64,000 bases of DNA from a bacterium. GTDB lineage: Bacteria; RBG-13-61-14; DATKZS01. Both the position numbers and the translations under genes were made by a program. Position 1 is the stretch's first letter. Every line of letters starts with the position of its first letter. The stretch lies in NCBI GenBank assembly GCA_963674965.2, contig CAXXFL010000001.1, positions 1,216,001-1,280,000 of the forward strand. The letters run 5' to 3'. The notes below the pieces were generated by a model, which was given only the letters and a program-made list of their open reading frames with translations, was not told the origin of the DNA and did no database searches. Shown one piece after another: positions 50,154 through 59,981 of this stretch.

Positions 50154-51260
50154 ATGAAGCGGAAAATCAGTCGCAGGCAATTCGCGGCCGCCTCGGCCTC
50201 TTTGGCCTCCGGGCTTACCATCCTTCCCGGTAAAAAGTCATGGTCCGCCGCCAAAACCACCGACGCCCTTGATAAAAAAATCGGCCGCCTATTCACCCTT
50301 AACATGTTCTGGAAGTACCCGCCCGATTTTTTCCTTTCCCTCATGGAAAACTATCAGGTCGGCGGCGCCTATATTGACCGCAACGCCTTGTCCGATTTTG
50401 CGACGGCCGAGAAGGCGATAAAGAGGATTGTTTCGGCCGCTTCCGATCCCGTCATTATCATAACCGACTGCGAGGGGGGCAAGGTCAACCGCGCCAGAAA
50501 AGTTGTCCCCTTCGAGAGCGCCCGCGAGCTCGGCGCCAGGTTCATTTCAGGAGAGCTCGACGGCCCCGGCTTTTTCTCCGCTTTTTCGAAAAAGCTCGAG
50601 CCTCTTTCCGGGCTCGGTTTTAATTTCAATTTCGATCCCGTCCTTGACCTGGACGGTCCCTATATAGGAAGCCGCTCCTATGGCAAGGACCCGGAAAAGG
50701 TGGCGGATATGGCGGTCAAGATGGTGGCCGCGTATCGCGACCTGGGCATGCACGGCGTAATCAAGCACTTTCCCGGCATGGGCACGGTCCGGCAGGACCC
50801 GCACGCCGATTTCTTCCCCTCCATCGATCCTCCCCTCGAGGTCCTGATGGAACGGGAACTCGTTCCCTTCAAGGCGGCCATGGAAAAAGGCGCTTCTTCG
50901 GTGCTCGTCGGACATTGCAAGATGAGCTGTATTGACGATTCACTTCCCGCTTCCCTTTCTCCCTCGGTCATGAGCTTTATCAGGAAGGACCTGGCTTTTA
51001 AAGGATTAATCTGGCCGGACAGCCTGACCATGGGCGCCGTCTATAAATACCAGAAGTCCCGCGGCGTTCCGTCGGACCGCTTGATCCGTCAATCCTGCGT
51101 CGACGCCCTCAAGGCGGGAGTGGACCAGATATTCAACTTCAGGCTTAATCCGGCCGACTTTCCGCTGGTGGTGAGGGCCGTAAGGGAGGCCGTTATTTCC
51201 AAGGAAATACCCGAGTCGCGCATAGACGAGGCCCAGGCCCGAAGCCGCTCTTTATTTTAG
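50154..51260 (+). CDS. GH3 beta-N-acetylhexosaminidase (NagZ-like), Tat signal
   Basis: SRRQF twin-Arg; DCEGGKVNR, PVLD, RSYG, KHFPGMG..DPH and DSLTMGA. Confidence 0.85.
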   Translation: MKRKISRRQFAAASASLASGLTILPGKKSWSAAKTTDALDKKIGRLFTLNMFWKYPPDFFLSLMENYQVGGAYIDRNALSDFATAEKAIKRIVSAASDPVIIITDCEGGKVNRARKVVPFESARELGARFISGELDGPGFFSAFSKKLEPLSGLGFNFNFDPVLDLDGPYIGSRSYGKDPEKVADMAVKMVAAYRDLGMHGVIKHFPGMGTVRQDPHADFFPSIDPPLEVLMERELVPFKAAMEKGASSVLVGHCKMSCIDDSLPASLSPSVMSFIRKDLAFKGLIWPDSLTMGAVYKYQKSRGVPSDRLIRQSCVDALKAGVDQIFNFRLNPADFPLVVRAVREAVISKEIPESRIDEAQARSRSLF

Positions 51261-51267
51261 CGTCGTC

Positions 51268-52074
51268 CTACGGTTTGATATGGATTAAAATCTTGATTTT
51301 GGTCTCGCCGATCTGAATGACGTCTCCCGTCCTCACGATCACGGCGCTTACGTATCTTTCGTTAAGCCTGGTCCCGTTCGAGCTGGCCAGGTCTTTGAGC
51401 GTCATCTTGTCCTTGTTATGCACCTCGAGCTGGCAATGCTTTTTCGAAATGGTCTTGTCCGCTATTTGCAGGTCCGCCTCGCTCGAGCGCCCTATTACGG
51501 TCGAACGTTTTATCGCCTGGAATTTCTTTCCCTTGTCCGGCCCGTCGAAAACCTCGAGCACGAGATGAATGTTCTTTTGCACCTCGGGATTGTCCAGGGC
51601 CTTACGAATAACGGTTACGTCCTCGTCCTCCTCTTCACTCGATATCACCCTGCTGTCGGTTGACTCCGGGTCGTCCGGGTCAGGCATGAACGCCGCGTAC
51701 TTGTCCTCCACCAGGCTAACCAGTATCTTCGTGTCGCCCACTTGTATCTCGTCCAGATTGTTGACCCGGCCGCTCTCCACTTGCTCGCCATTGATCCTGG
51801 TGCCGTTGGTGCTGTTATTGTCGGTGATGAAGAGCTTGCCGCCCTCGAAGTCCAATATGGCGTGGCGTCCGCTGACGGTGGGATCGCTCAACACTATGTC
51901 CGCCGCCTTGCGCCCAATCACCGTCCTGGTTGCGGACAGCTCTCGCTTCTCCCCCTTGTCCGGGCCGTCGGTTATCTCGAGACTAACAAACACTCCGTCG
52001 GGAAGGGTCTGCGATTTGTCTTGCGACTCCAAGGAGCCGGATACCGTCTCGTCATTATCCGTATTATCCGTCAT
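51268..52074 (-). CDS. Tandem FHA-domain protein
   Basis: Two copies of GPDKG...IGR...S..H...S.NGT..N separated by an acidic Ser/Thr linker. Confidence 0.9.
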   Translation of the reverse strand: MTDNTDNDETVSGSLESQDKSQTLPDGVFVSLEITDGPDKGEKRELSATRTVIGRKAADIVLSDPTVSGRHAILDFEGGKLFITDNNSTNGTRINGEQVESGRVNNLDEIQVGDTKILVSLVEDKYAAFMPDPDDPESTDSRVISSEEEDEDVTVIRKALDNPEVQKNIHLVLEVFDGPDKGKKFQAIKRSTVIGRSSEADLQIADKTISKKHCQLEVHNKDKMTLKDLASSNGTRLNERYVSAVIVRTGDVIQIGETKIKILIHIKP

Positions 52075-52202
52075 TATTTTCTCCAGTTATTCAAAAGCCC
52101 TTTAGAGCGTGGATTACACAAGGCGCGGGTGTCCGTGGCTTAGCGAAAAGATTATACAACATAACCCGCGCCAAGGTCATCAAAAAATCCTCCGAGCGAG
52201 AT

Positions 52203-53540
52203 TTATAATAATACCATGCTTAAAACGACGGCGGCCAGAATCCCGCCCGAAAGCGCAAACATGAAGGGATGGACCTCTTTATACCTTCCCGACGCGGCCA
52301 TGAGTATCGGCCAGGTTACGAACCCGGCCACCAGCCCCTTCGAGATGCTGAAGGTCAAGGGCATTATAATCATGGTAAAGAAAGCCGGCAGGGCCTGGGC
52401 GAAATCCTCCCAGTCAACCTTCCTCACGCTTCCCATCATCAGGCAGCCCACCACCACCAACGCTGGAGCGGTCACGAACTCCTTGGCGAAAAGTCCGACC
52501 AGCGGCGAAAAGAAAACGGCGGCGATGAAAAGAAGCGCCGTGATGATGCCGGCGAACCCCGTTCTCGCCCCCGCGGCCACGCCCGCGGCGCTTTCTATAT
52601 AGGATGTTGTGGTTGACGTTCCCAATAACGCCCCGCCAATCGTGCCCACCGCGTCGGCCGTAAGCGCCCTGGTCGCTCGCGGAAGCTTTCCCTCATCGTC
52701 GAGAAAGCCCGCCCGCTCCGATACCCCCACCAGGGTCCCCACCGTGTCGAACAGGTCGAAAAAAAGCAGAACAAATGTCAGGGCCACCAGCTCCCACCTG
52801 GAGAATACCCCGAAAATATCCAGCTTGAAGGCCGTGGCCGACAGGGCCGGTTTCATGCTGATCACGTTTCCCCAAAAACCCACTCCCTCCGCTGGTTTTA
52901 TCAGCCCGGAAACAACGCCCATTATTCCCGCCGCCAGGATGCCGAACAGTACGGCGCCCTTTATTCCCGCGGCCATCATGCCCGCGGTCAAGGCTATGGC
53001 CGCGAGGCTTATCATGGTGGCCGTATTGTTCAGGTCGCCCAGACGCACCAGGGTTACCGGATCGTCCACGATGACTCCGGCGTTTTTTAGCCCGATAAAG
53101 GCAATAAATATGCCGATGCCGGCGGCGATCGAGGTCTTGAGAGACTCGGGTATGGCGTTGATTAACATCTCCCTGGCTTTAATGAAAGTGAGGCCGAGAA
53201 AGATTATGCCCGACACGAACACCATGCCCAGGGCCGTCTGCCAGGGCACGTTAAAGCCCTTGACAATCTCGAAGGCGAAGAAGGCGTTAAGGCCCATGCC
53301 GGGCGCCAGGGCGATGGGGTACCTGGCGGCCAGGGCCATAACCAGCGTGGCCAGAGCCGAGGCGAGGCAGGTAGCGGTCATGACCGAGGCGAAATCCATG
53401 CCGGCGGCCTGAAGAATTCCCGGGTTGACGAAGATGATATAGGCCATGGTCATGAAGGTGGTCAGGCCTCCGGCAATCTCGGTCCTCATGTCCGTGCCCA
53501 GTCTCTCGAACTCGAAATACTTCCTTATTGCCTCAAGCAT
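52203..53540 (-). CDS. NCS2/AzgA-type purine permease
   Basis: TTFMTMAYIIFVNP, APGMGLNAFF, FDTVGT and YIESAAGV..GARTG. Confidence 0.92.
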   Translation of the reverse strand: MLEAIRKYFEFERLGTDMRTEIAGGLTTFMTMAYIIFVNPGILQAAGMDFASVMTATCLASALATLVMALAARYPIALAPGMGLNAFFAFEIVKGFNVPWQTALGMVFVSGIIFLGLTFIKAREMLINAIPESLKTSIAAGIGIFIAFIGLKNAGVIVDDPVTLVRLGDLNNTATMISLAAIALTAGMMAAGIKGAVLFGILAAGIMGVVSGLIKPAEGVGFWGNVISMKPALSATAFKLDIFGVFSRWELVALTFVLLFFDLFDTVGTLVGVSERAGFLDDEGKLPRATRALTADAVGTIGGALLGTSTTTSYIESAAGVAAGARTGFAGIITALLFIAAVFFSPLVGLFAKEFVTAPALVVVGCLMMGSVRKVDWEDFAQALPAFFTMIIMPLTFSISKGLVAGFVTWPILMAASGRYKEVHPFMFALSGGILAAVVLSMVLL

Positions 53541-53645
53541 TTTGAACCCCCCTTAAGCCCGGCAATATGGATTGATTATCATGGGAGCGGCGACCTTGTC
53601 AAAATCCGGGTTTTATCTTTTCTCCTTTGGAACATAAATCTCCTC

Positions 53646-53674
53646 TTGACCTTACTCGGATAATTATACATAAT
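53646..53674 (+). promoter_or_regulatory. Putative sigma70 promoter of the MCP gene
   Basis: TTGACC, 17 bp, CATAAT. Confidence 0.55.
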
Positions 53675-53711
53675 CTAGCTTGGATAAATCCATTTTAAAG
53701 GTAAAAAGACC

Positions 53712-55358
53712 ATGCCTGACATAATCGCGAAAATCAGGTCCGCCATCAATAGCAGCATTACTTACAGGATCGTTATTTTCCTGTCCTTGCTTCTTATTCT
53801 AATCATGGCGGTCAATTATATCCTTGCCTCTCGCGTCAAGGAAAGTTTCCTTACCTACCAGGAGGAATCTCTGATCGTCTACGCCAAGACCCTCTCTCGT
53901 CTTCTCAGCGAGTCCGTGCCCATTCGCGAGGCCATCGTCAACGACGACAGGGAATTGATCAATGGCGCGCTTTCCACCATGCGCGAGGACATTGACGTCA
54001 CCTATATCGTTTATTACCTTTATAATGACTATGAACAAAAAATGACTCTTCTTTACGAGGATTACCCTTCTTCCTATACCAAGGAAGACTTCGATTTTCC
54101 CGCAAAGGTCCTTGATACCTCCGGCGAGGTAACCATAAAGGAATTAAGCCCCAAATCCGACGAAAGCGTCAGGATACTCGACGTAACCAGCGTCATGAAC
54201 AGCAAAACCGGCGAGGTAATCGGCTGGTCGCGCGTGGGCGTTTCCACCGCCCAATCCCTGTCCATGGCCAATTACGTGACGTTTATGGCCATGTTTTCCA
54301 TTGCCGCCGTTTTCGTGTTCGGTTTCTTCCTGGCCTATTACATCTACCGCAGCGCGACCAAACCCGTTATCGAGATCGCCGATTCCGTGAAAAAGGTCGC
54401 CGCCGGCAACCTTGACATAGAGATCGACGAGTCATTCGGCGGTGAAATAGGCGAGTTGGTCGAGTCCTTCAACCAGATGACCCAAAACCTTCGCTCCGAA
54501 AAAGAACAGAACCAGTTGATAATGAACCGCCTCTCCGAGACGATCGAGCTTATTAACGAAACCTCGGGAGACATATACTCGATCAGCGCACAGCAGTCGT
54601 CCGGCGCCACCGAACAGGCATCCTCCGTTTACCAGGCCTCCAGCACCAGCAAGGAAATCGCCGCCAGTTCCAACCGCATCGCCGAGACCACCGAGCAAAT
54701 GGCCTCCGAGGCCAAGATGGCCTCGAAAGCCTGCGAGCAGGCACGTGAAGAAATTCAAGAGGCCATGGCCCAGGTGACCGACGCCTCGAACAAGGTTGAC
54801 GAGGTGGCCAACAGAGTGGTCGAACTTGGCGAGAAGAGTCAAAGAATCTCGGGCATCATCGACATCATTAATGAAATAAGCCAGCATACCAACCTTTTGG
54901 CCCTTAACGCCGCCATCGAGGCCTCGGGCGCGAGCGAGGCGGGAAAGCGCTTTTCCGTCGTGGCCAAGGAAATTAGGCGTCTCGCCGAGAAGACCATCGA
55001 GTCGACCAAGGTGGTAAGGAACCTGATCGAGGAAATACAGACCGCCACCAACTCGACGGTCATGGTTACCGAGCAGAGCATGAAGAGCGCCAAGGAAGTG
55101 GCAAACATCATCTCGCGCATGGACGAGAGCGTTCAGCGCATCAACTCCATGGTCGACAAGACCCTTAAGGCCAGCACGGAGATCACTCTTTCCACCCGTC
55201 AGCAGACGACGGCCTGCGAGCAGATGGTCTCGACCATCATGGAAGTTTCCGAGGTCGCCAGCGAGGTAGAAAAGGGGGCCAAGGAAACCGAGGAATCTGT
55301 TTCGAAGTTACGTGAAATGTCGGGCAGCTTGCTCTCCCTTAATAAGGAAAGACTTTAA
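53712..55358 (+). CDS. Methyl-accepting chemotaxis protein
   Basis: Two TMs around a periplasmic domain, HAMP ([12 protein letters not shown]) and hairpin tip [28 protein letters not shown]. Confidence 0.93.
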   Translation: MPDIIAKIRSAINSSITYRIVIFLSLLLILIMAVNYILASRVKESFLTYQEESLIVYAKTLSRLLSESVPIREAIVNDDRELINGALSTMREDIDVTYIVYYLYNDYEQKMTLLYEDYPSSYTKEDFDFPAKVLDTSGEVTIKELSPKSDESVRILDVTSVMNSKTGEVIGWSRVGVSTAQSLSMANYVTFMAMFSIAAVFVFGFFLAYYIYRSATKPVIEIADSVKKVAAGNLDIEIDESFGGEIGELVESFNQMTQNLRSEKEQNQLIMNRLSETIELINETSGDIYSISAQQSSGATEQASSVYQASSTSKEIAASSNRIAETTEQMASEAKMASKACEQAREEIQEAMAQVTDASNKVDEVANRVVELGEKSQRISGIIDIINEISQHTNLLALNAAIEASGASEAGKRFSVVAKEIRRLAEKTIESTKVVRNLIEEIQTATNSTVMVTEQSMKSAKEVANIISRMDESVQRINSMVDKTLKASTEITLSTRQQTTACEQMVSTIMEVSEVASEVEKGAKETEESVSKLREMSGSLLSLNKERL

Positions 55359-55613
55359 AAAGTCCTTATAACGAAAGGCCCGGAGCGGTTTACATCCTCT
55401 TGCCATATTGTATATTTTACGTTTTCATCCGCCTAAGGGGCCGCGTAACAATCCGGCGCTGGTACTTTTAAAAAAAAATCCCATCTCCTCTTTCAAACTG
55501 CCCGAACATATCACTACTGCATGGCCCTGCAATTTAGGAGAGTTATGTTAGTAATGAGTTAAAATTGGATTTATATAAAATGTGACCTGTTCGGCTTGGG
55601 CATAAATTTTTCC

Positions 55614-55641
55614 TTGACAATCGGACTCGCTCTGGTAGAGT
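55614..55641 (+). promoter_or_regulatory. Putative dnaA promoter
   Basis: TTGACA, 16 bp, extended -10 TGG-TAGAGT. Confidence 0.55.
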
Positions 55642-55749
55642 ACCCATTCACTGGGGGTTGCGACTTGATCGACCCGTTAATCTTATAGTCGCCGCTTGGA
55701 GTTTTGCCGCCATCATAAAATTCCAGACGGCCGCCAAAAAACAGCCTTA

Positions 55750-55801
55750 AATTAAATATATGAATCGTTTTTCCACGGGTTGTGTATAAACCTGTTGATA
55801 A
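55750..55801. promoter_or_regulatory. DnaA-box cluster upstream of dnaA
   Basis: TTTTCCACG (55769-55777), TGTGTATAA (55781-55789, fits TTWTNCACA) and TGTTGATAA (55793-55801), next to an AT-rich 16-mer. Confidence 0.7.
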
Positions 55802-55871
55802 CTTTCTTTTGCTCAAAACGGGAGAATGGTCTTTTACTTTTTTTTATCTGAAGGATTGAAACGGAAAAACC

Positions 55872-57251
55872 ATGCATAAAGAAAAAGTCTGGAACAAGAT
55901 TCTAAGCGAGCTATCGCTCGAAATCGACCAAAACAACTTGACCAAGTTCCGTTCACTGCTTACCCTTGGCGACGTAAACCAGGAAAAGCTCATTATCCGA
56001 GCTTCCAACCGGTTCGTTTACGACTGGGTAAGAAAAAACTATCACAGCCAGATCGAGAACGCCGCTGGAGCGGCCCTTGGCAACAACGTTAAACTCCTTC
56101 TGGAGATCGACCGAAGCCCTGAGAAGATTGATAACGCCGCTCCTCTTTCGTCCGACTCCATTGCTTCCTCTTTCCCGGTCAAATCACCCGATTCTTCCTC
56201 GCGCTTGCCCCTTCCCAAGCATCCCATGCTTGTTCCCGAGATGACCTTCGAAAATTTCATCGTCGGTCCTTCCAACCAGTTCGCTCACGCCGCCTGCAAG
56301 GCCTTCTCCGAAAAGAACGCCAGAAACTACAACCCCATGTTCATCTATGGAGGAGTGGGCCTGGGCAAGACCCATCTTCTCAACGCGGTGGGCAACCGTA
56401 TGCATGATATTAACCCCTCCCTCAAGATCATTTCCATTCAGGCCGAGAGCTTTATCCGTGACATGATCGAGGCCATCCGCAAGGAAAAGATGGAGGAGTT
56501 CAGGAGCAAATACCGAAACCAGTGCGACGTTCTTTTAATGGACGACGTTTACATCCTGGCCGGCAAGGAGAGGACCCAGGAGGAGTTTTTTTATACCTTT
56601 AACGAACTGATCAAAAACGGCAAGAAGATTATCTTTACTTCCGACAAGATGCCTCGGGAGATGACTACACTGGAGGAAAGGCTGAAAAGCCGTTTCGAGA
56701 GCGGCATGATGGTGGATATCCAGCCTCCCGAGTTCGAGACCAGGCTGGCCATCATGAAGTACTTCGCCGAGGTCGAAAGGATGATACTTCCCGACGACGT
56801 TGCTTTCTTTATGGCCGACAAAATCCGCTCCAACATCAGAAAACTCAAAGGCTGCATGATAAGGCTCGCGGCCCTCAGTTCTCTTTCCGGTACTCCTATA
56901 ACTTTGGACTTGGCCAACGACATCATGATGGCCATCATCGAGGACGAGGATTCAAAGCTCACTTCAGAACTCATTATGAAAATCGTGGCCGATTACTTCA
57001 AGATCAAGGTATCCGATCTTAAATCTCCCAAGCGAAACAGAAAGTACACCGTGCCCAGGCAGATAGCCATGTATCTTTGCCGGCAGCTCTGCGATATGTC
57101 TTTTCCCGAGATCGGCCAGGCCTTCGGGGGAAGGGACCACTCGACCGTTATCCATTCCTGTAAGAAGATAGGCGTCGAGAAGAATACCGATCGCGAACTC
57201 GAAAGACATATCGATTGCCTTAAAAAGCAGCTTAAAATAAACCACTCGTAA
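55872..57251 (+). CDS. dnaA: Chromosomal replication initiator
   Basis: TFENFIVG.SN, YNPMFIYGGVGLGKTHL, LLMDD, TQEEFF, RQIAMYL and FGGRDHSTV. Confidence 0.97.
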   Translation: MHKEKVWNKILSELSLEIDQNNLTKFRSLLTLGDVNQEKLIIRASNRFVYDWVRKNYHSQIENAAGAALGNNVKLLLEIDRSPEKIDNAAPLSSDSIASSFPVKSPDSSSRLPLPKHPMLVPEMTFENFIVGPSNQFAHAACKAFSEKNARNYNPMFIYGGVGLGKTHLLNAVGNRMHDINPSLKIISIQAESFIRDMIEAIRKEKMEEFRSKYRNQCDVLLMDDVYILAGKERTQEEFFYTFNELIKNGKKIIFTSDKMPREMTTLEERLKSRFESGMMVDIQPPEFETRLAIMKYFAEVERMILPDDVAFFMADKIRSNIRKLKGCMIRLAALSSLSGTPITLDLANDIMMAIIEDEDSKLTSELIMKIVADYFKIKVSDLKSPKRNRKYTVPRQIAMYLCRQLCDMSFPEIGQAFGGRDHSTVIHSCKKIGVEKNTDRELERHIDCLKKQLKINHS

Positions 57252-57597
57252 ACTCGGAGGTGAAATGTCGTCCGTTTCCTTATATTCGCCTTTCGTCGAG
57301 GCATCCGTTGATATTTACCCTGTTAACTACAGTATCAACAACTTTGTAGGTAACCTGTTGAAAGTCGTCTCAACCTTCTCCACAACTGGTATCCACAATT
57401 TTTCCACGGGCCTTTCAAGCCTTTTAGAATACATGTCAAAAACGTCTAAGTCTTTGCGTTCACAAGTAGCCTTTCCATTCAACCCAGGCTTTTTAACATA
57501 ACCACTGGCTTTACTGTTAGTGTATTTTTTGATAATTAAATATATGAATATAAAGACGGCTGTTGAACGTACACCGGAATAACATGGAGGAGCATGG
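57252..57597. other. Probable oriC (dnaA-dnaN intergenic region)
   Basis: DnaA-box-like GTATCAACA (57332), TTCTCCACA (57376), GTATCCACA (57389) and TTTTCCACG (57400); a trio-like tract TACTGTTAGTGTAT (57512-57525) and an AT-rich tract to about 57553. Confidence 0.75.
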
Positions 57598-58707
57598 ATG
57601 GAACTTACTATCGAAAGGGACGCTTTTATAAAGATACTGGGAAAAGTACAAGGCATCGTGGAGAAAAGAAACGCCATGCCCATACTGAGCAATACGCTGC
57701 TTCGAGCCTCTGACCAGAGTCTCGAGATACTGGCCACGGACCTCGAGGCCACCGTTATCGACACCTGCCCGGTGGACCTGTCCGAGGAGGGTTCAGTAAC
57801 GCTTAACGCCAAGAAGCTTTTCGAGATAGTCAAGGAAATGCCTGATGGTCCATTGTTTTTAAAGTCCGATGACGAATATCACGTCGAGGTAAAAAGCGGC
57901 AAGGTAAGATACGAGATAATGGGCATGTCCAGCGACGATTACCCGAAAATTCCCGATCCCTCGGACTTTTCCTTTATCTCGGTCCCGGGTCCCTTGCTTT
58001 ACGAGATGATCCATAAAACCATCTACGCCACGGCCGGTGAGGAGGCCAGGTTTTCCCTTAACGGCGTTCTTTTCGAGAAGACCGAGGAAGGTGAAGGGGT
58101 CCGCATGGTGGCGACAGACGGGCACAGGCTGGCCAAAATCGAGCGCATGATCGAGGGAGCTGGTAACATAGCCGTCGAAAAGCAGGTAATCCTTCCCAGG
58201 AAGGGCATGTCCGAGTCCATGAAGCTTCTCGATGGGGTCGAGAACGAGGTGGGTCTGGCCATCAAGGAAAAACAGGCGGCCGTGAAAATAGGGGATACCG
58301 TGCTGATTATGAGGCTGGTTGACGGCAAGTTCCCCGATTACAGGAAAGTTATCATCGAGGGATGCGACCAGAAGGCCACGGCTTCCAAGGAAGAGCTTAT
58401 AAGGAATTTAAGAAGGGCGTCCCTCATGGTGGACGACAAGGCAAGGGCAGTTAAGTTCGAGTTCACGCCGGGAAACTTGAGACTCGAGAGCAAGAATATT
58501 AACGGAAGCTCATCAAGCGAACTCGATATAGATTACGATGGCGATAAGATGTCCATCGGTTTTAACGACAGGTATTTCGTGGACATTATGAACGCCACTA
58601 AAAGCGAGAAGATCGAAATAAACTTAAGGGACGAGCAGTCGCCGGCTCTCGTTACGATTCCGGACGAGGAAAATTACGTCTGCGTCATCATGCCCATGAG
58701 GCTGTGA
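57598..58707 (+). CDS. dnaN: DNA polymerase III beta clamp
   Basis: PILSN, ATDLE, VATDGHRL, GKFPDY and IMPMRL. Confidence 0.97.
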   Translation: MELTIERDAFIKILGKVQGIVEKRNAMPILSNTLLRASDQSLEILATDLEATVIDTCPVDLSEEGSVTLNAKKLFEIVKEMPDGPLFLKSDDEYHVEVKSGKVRYEIMGMSSDDYPKIPDPSDFSFISVPGPLLYEMIHKTIYATAGEEARFSLNGVLFEKTEEGEGVRMVATDGHRLAKIERMIEGAGNIAVEKQVILPRKGMSESMKLLDGVENEVGLAIKEKQAAVKIGDTVLIMRLVDGKFPDYRKVIIEGCDQKATASKEELIRNLRRASLMVDDKARAVKFEFTPGNLRLESKNINGSSSSELDIDYDGDKMSIGFNDRYFVDIMNATKSEKIEINLRDEQSPALVTIPDEENYVCVIMPMRL

Positions 58708-58799
58708 AGTATTCCTGGTTGGACAAAGACGCCTTTTAATATGACGCAAAACTCTATCATGGCCGAGGAAGGAATTTTCCTTCCTCAGGACCAGCCGTT

Positions 58800-59948
58800 A
58801 TGACCAGACCAACCATCGCATATATAAATCTCGAAGCGCTTATAAACAACTTCCAGGTCATCAAATCTCTTCTGATCGAATCGGGAAGAGATGAAAACTC
58901 CGTTATTTGCGCCGTCAAGGCCAACGCTTATGGCCATGGAGCGATAAGGATTACGCGGACCCTTGAGGAAGCTGGAGCTCGTTTTTTCGCCGTTTCCTGC
59001 ATCGAGGAGGCCGTCGAGCTTCGAGAGGCTGGTATCGAATCCGATATTTTAGTCCTCAGTCCAGTTAGGTCTGGCGAGGTAAAGGAACTCCTGAAAGGTC
59101 GATTTATCGGCGTCCTTATTGGAGAGGAAGATATTGAAATCATCGAGAATGAAATATCAAATATAAAAGCAGCCCATTCTCCTCTTCAACTTTTCTTGAA
59201 AATCGATACGGGAATGGGACGCGCGGGCATCTTTCCCGAGCAGCTCGAGTCTTTTGCCGTTCGCGCCAACTCATGCCCTTTGATTAAGGTTACCGGCCTT
59301 CTATCTCATCTTTCATGCGCCGGCGGCGGGGATGAGGATGACCAAAAATATACGATGACTCAAATAGAAGATTTTGAACTGGCTATCAAAACGTCCCGTT
59401 CATTATTTAAAGATATAAAACATTATTCCCTGGCCAATTCGGCTGGAATAATATCCTTTCCGAAATCCATGGTGGGACTCGTAAGACCAGGAATAGCCCT
59501 TTATGGCGTAAGTCCTTTTAATGACGATATTTCCTCTCTCGGCTTCAAGCCCGTAATGAGCGTCGAGACAAAGATAGACAGGATTCGGGATTTTCCCGCC
59601 GGCTCTTGTATTTCTTATGGACGCGTGACAAAACTGAAAAGACCTTCCCGAGTGGCTATGATTCCCATCGGCTACGAGGACGGACTGCAAAGAAGGCTAA
59701 GCCCCGGATTCAACCTTGGAGTAAGGGGAAAACCCGCGCCCATACTGGGAGTGGTTACCATGGATTACGCCATGATAGACGTAACGGACATTAAAGACGC
59801 CGCGCCTGAAGACAGGGTCCTGGTTTTGGGTAGAGAGGGTAATCTTAGGATTTGCGCCGAGGATCACGCCGCTCGAGCCGGTACCATCGCCTATGAAATT
59901 CTTACCTCAATAGGAAACAGGGTCAGAAGGATTTACACGAACGGCTAG
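58800..59948 (+). CDS. alr: Alanine racemase
   Basis: AVKANAYGHG, KIDTGMGRAG, VRPGIALYG, ISYG, PIGYEDG and TIAYE. Confidence 0.95.
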   Translation: MTRPTIAYINLEALINNFQVIKSLLIESGRDENSVICAVKANAYGHGAIRITRTLEEAGARFFAVSCIEEAVELREAGIESDILVLSPVRSGEVKELLKGRFIGVLIGEEDIEIIENEISNIKAAHSPLQLFLKIDTGMGRAGIFPEQLESFAVRANSCPLIKVTGLLSHLSCAGGGDEDDQKYTMTQIEDFELAIKTSRSLFKDIKHYSLANSAGIISFPKSMVGLVRPGIALYGVSPFNDDISSLGFKPVMSVETKIDRIRDFPAGSCISYGRVTKLKRPSRVAMIPIGYEDGLQRRLSPGFNLGVRGKPAPILGVVTMDYAMIDVTDIKDAAPEDRVLVLGREGNLRICAEDHAARAGTIAYEILTSIGNRVRRIYTNG

Positions 59949-59981
59949 GTTTTTGAGAGCATATAGACTTTTGGAGGGTCC

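Noticed and set aside
55571-55816. Divergent small ORF as rpmH (L34)
   Set aside because: It lacks the MKRT(F/Y)QP motif and overlaps the promoter and DnaA boxes.
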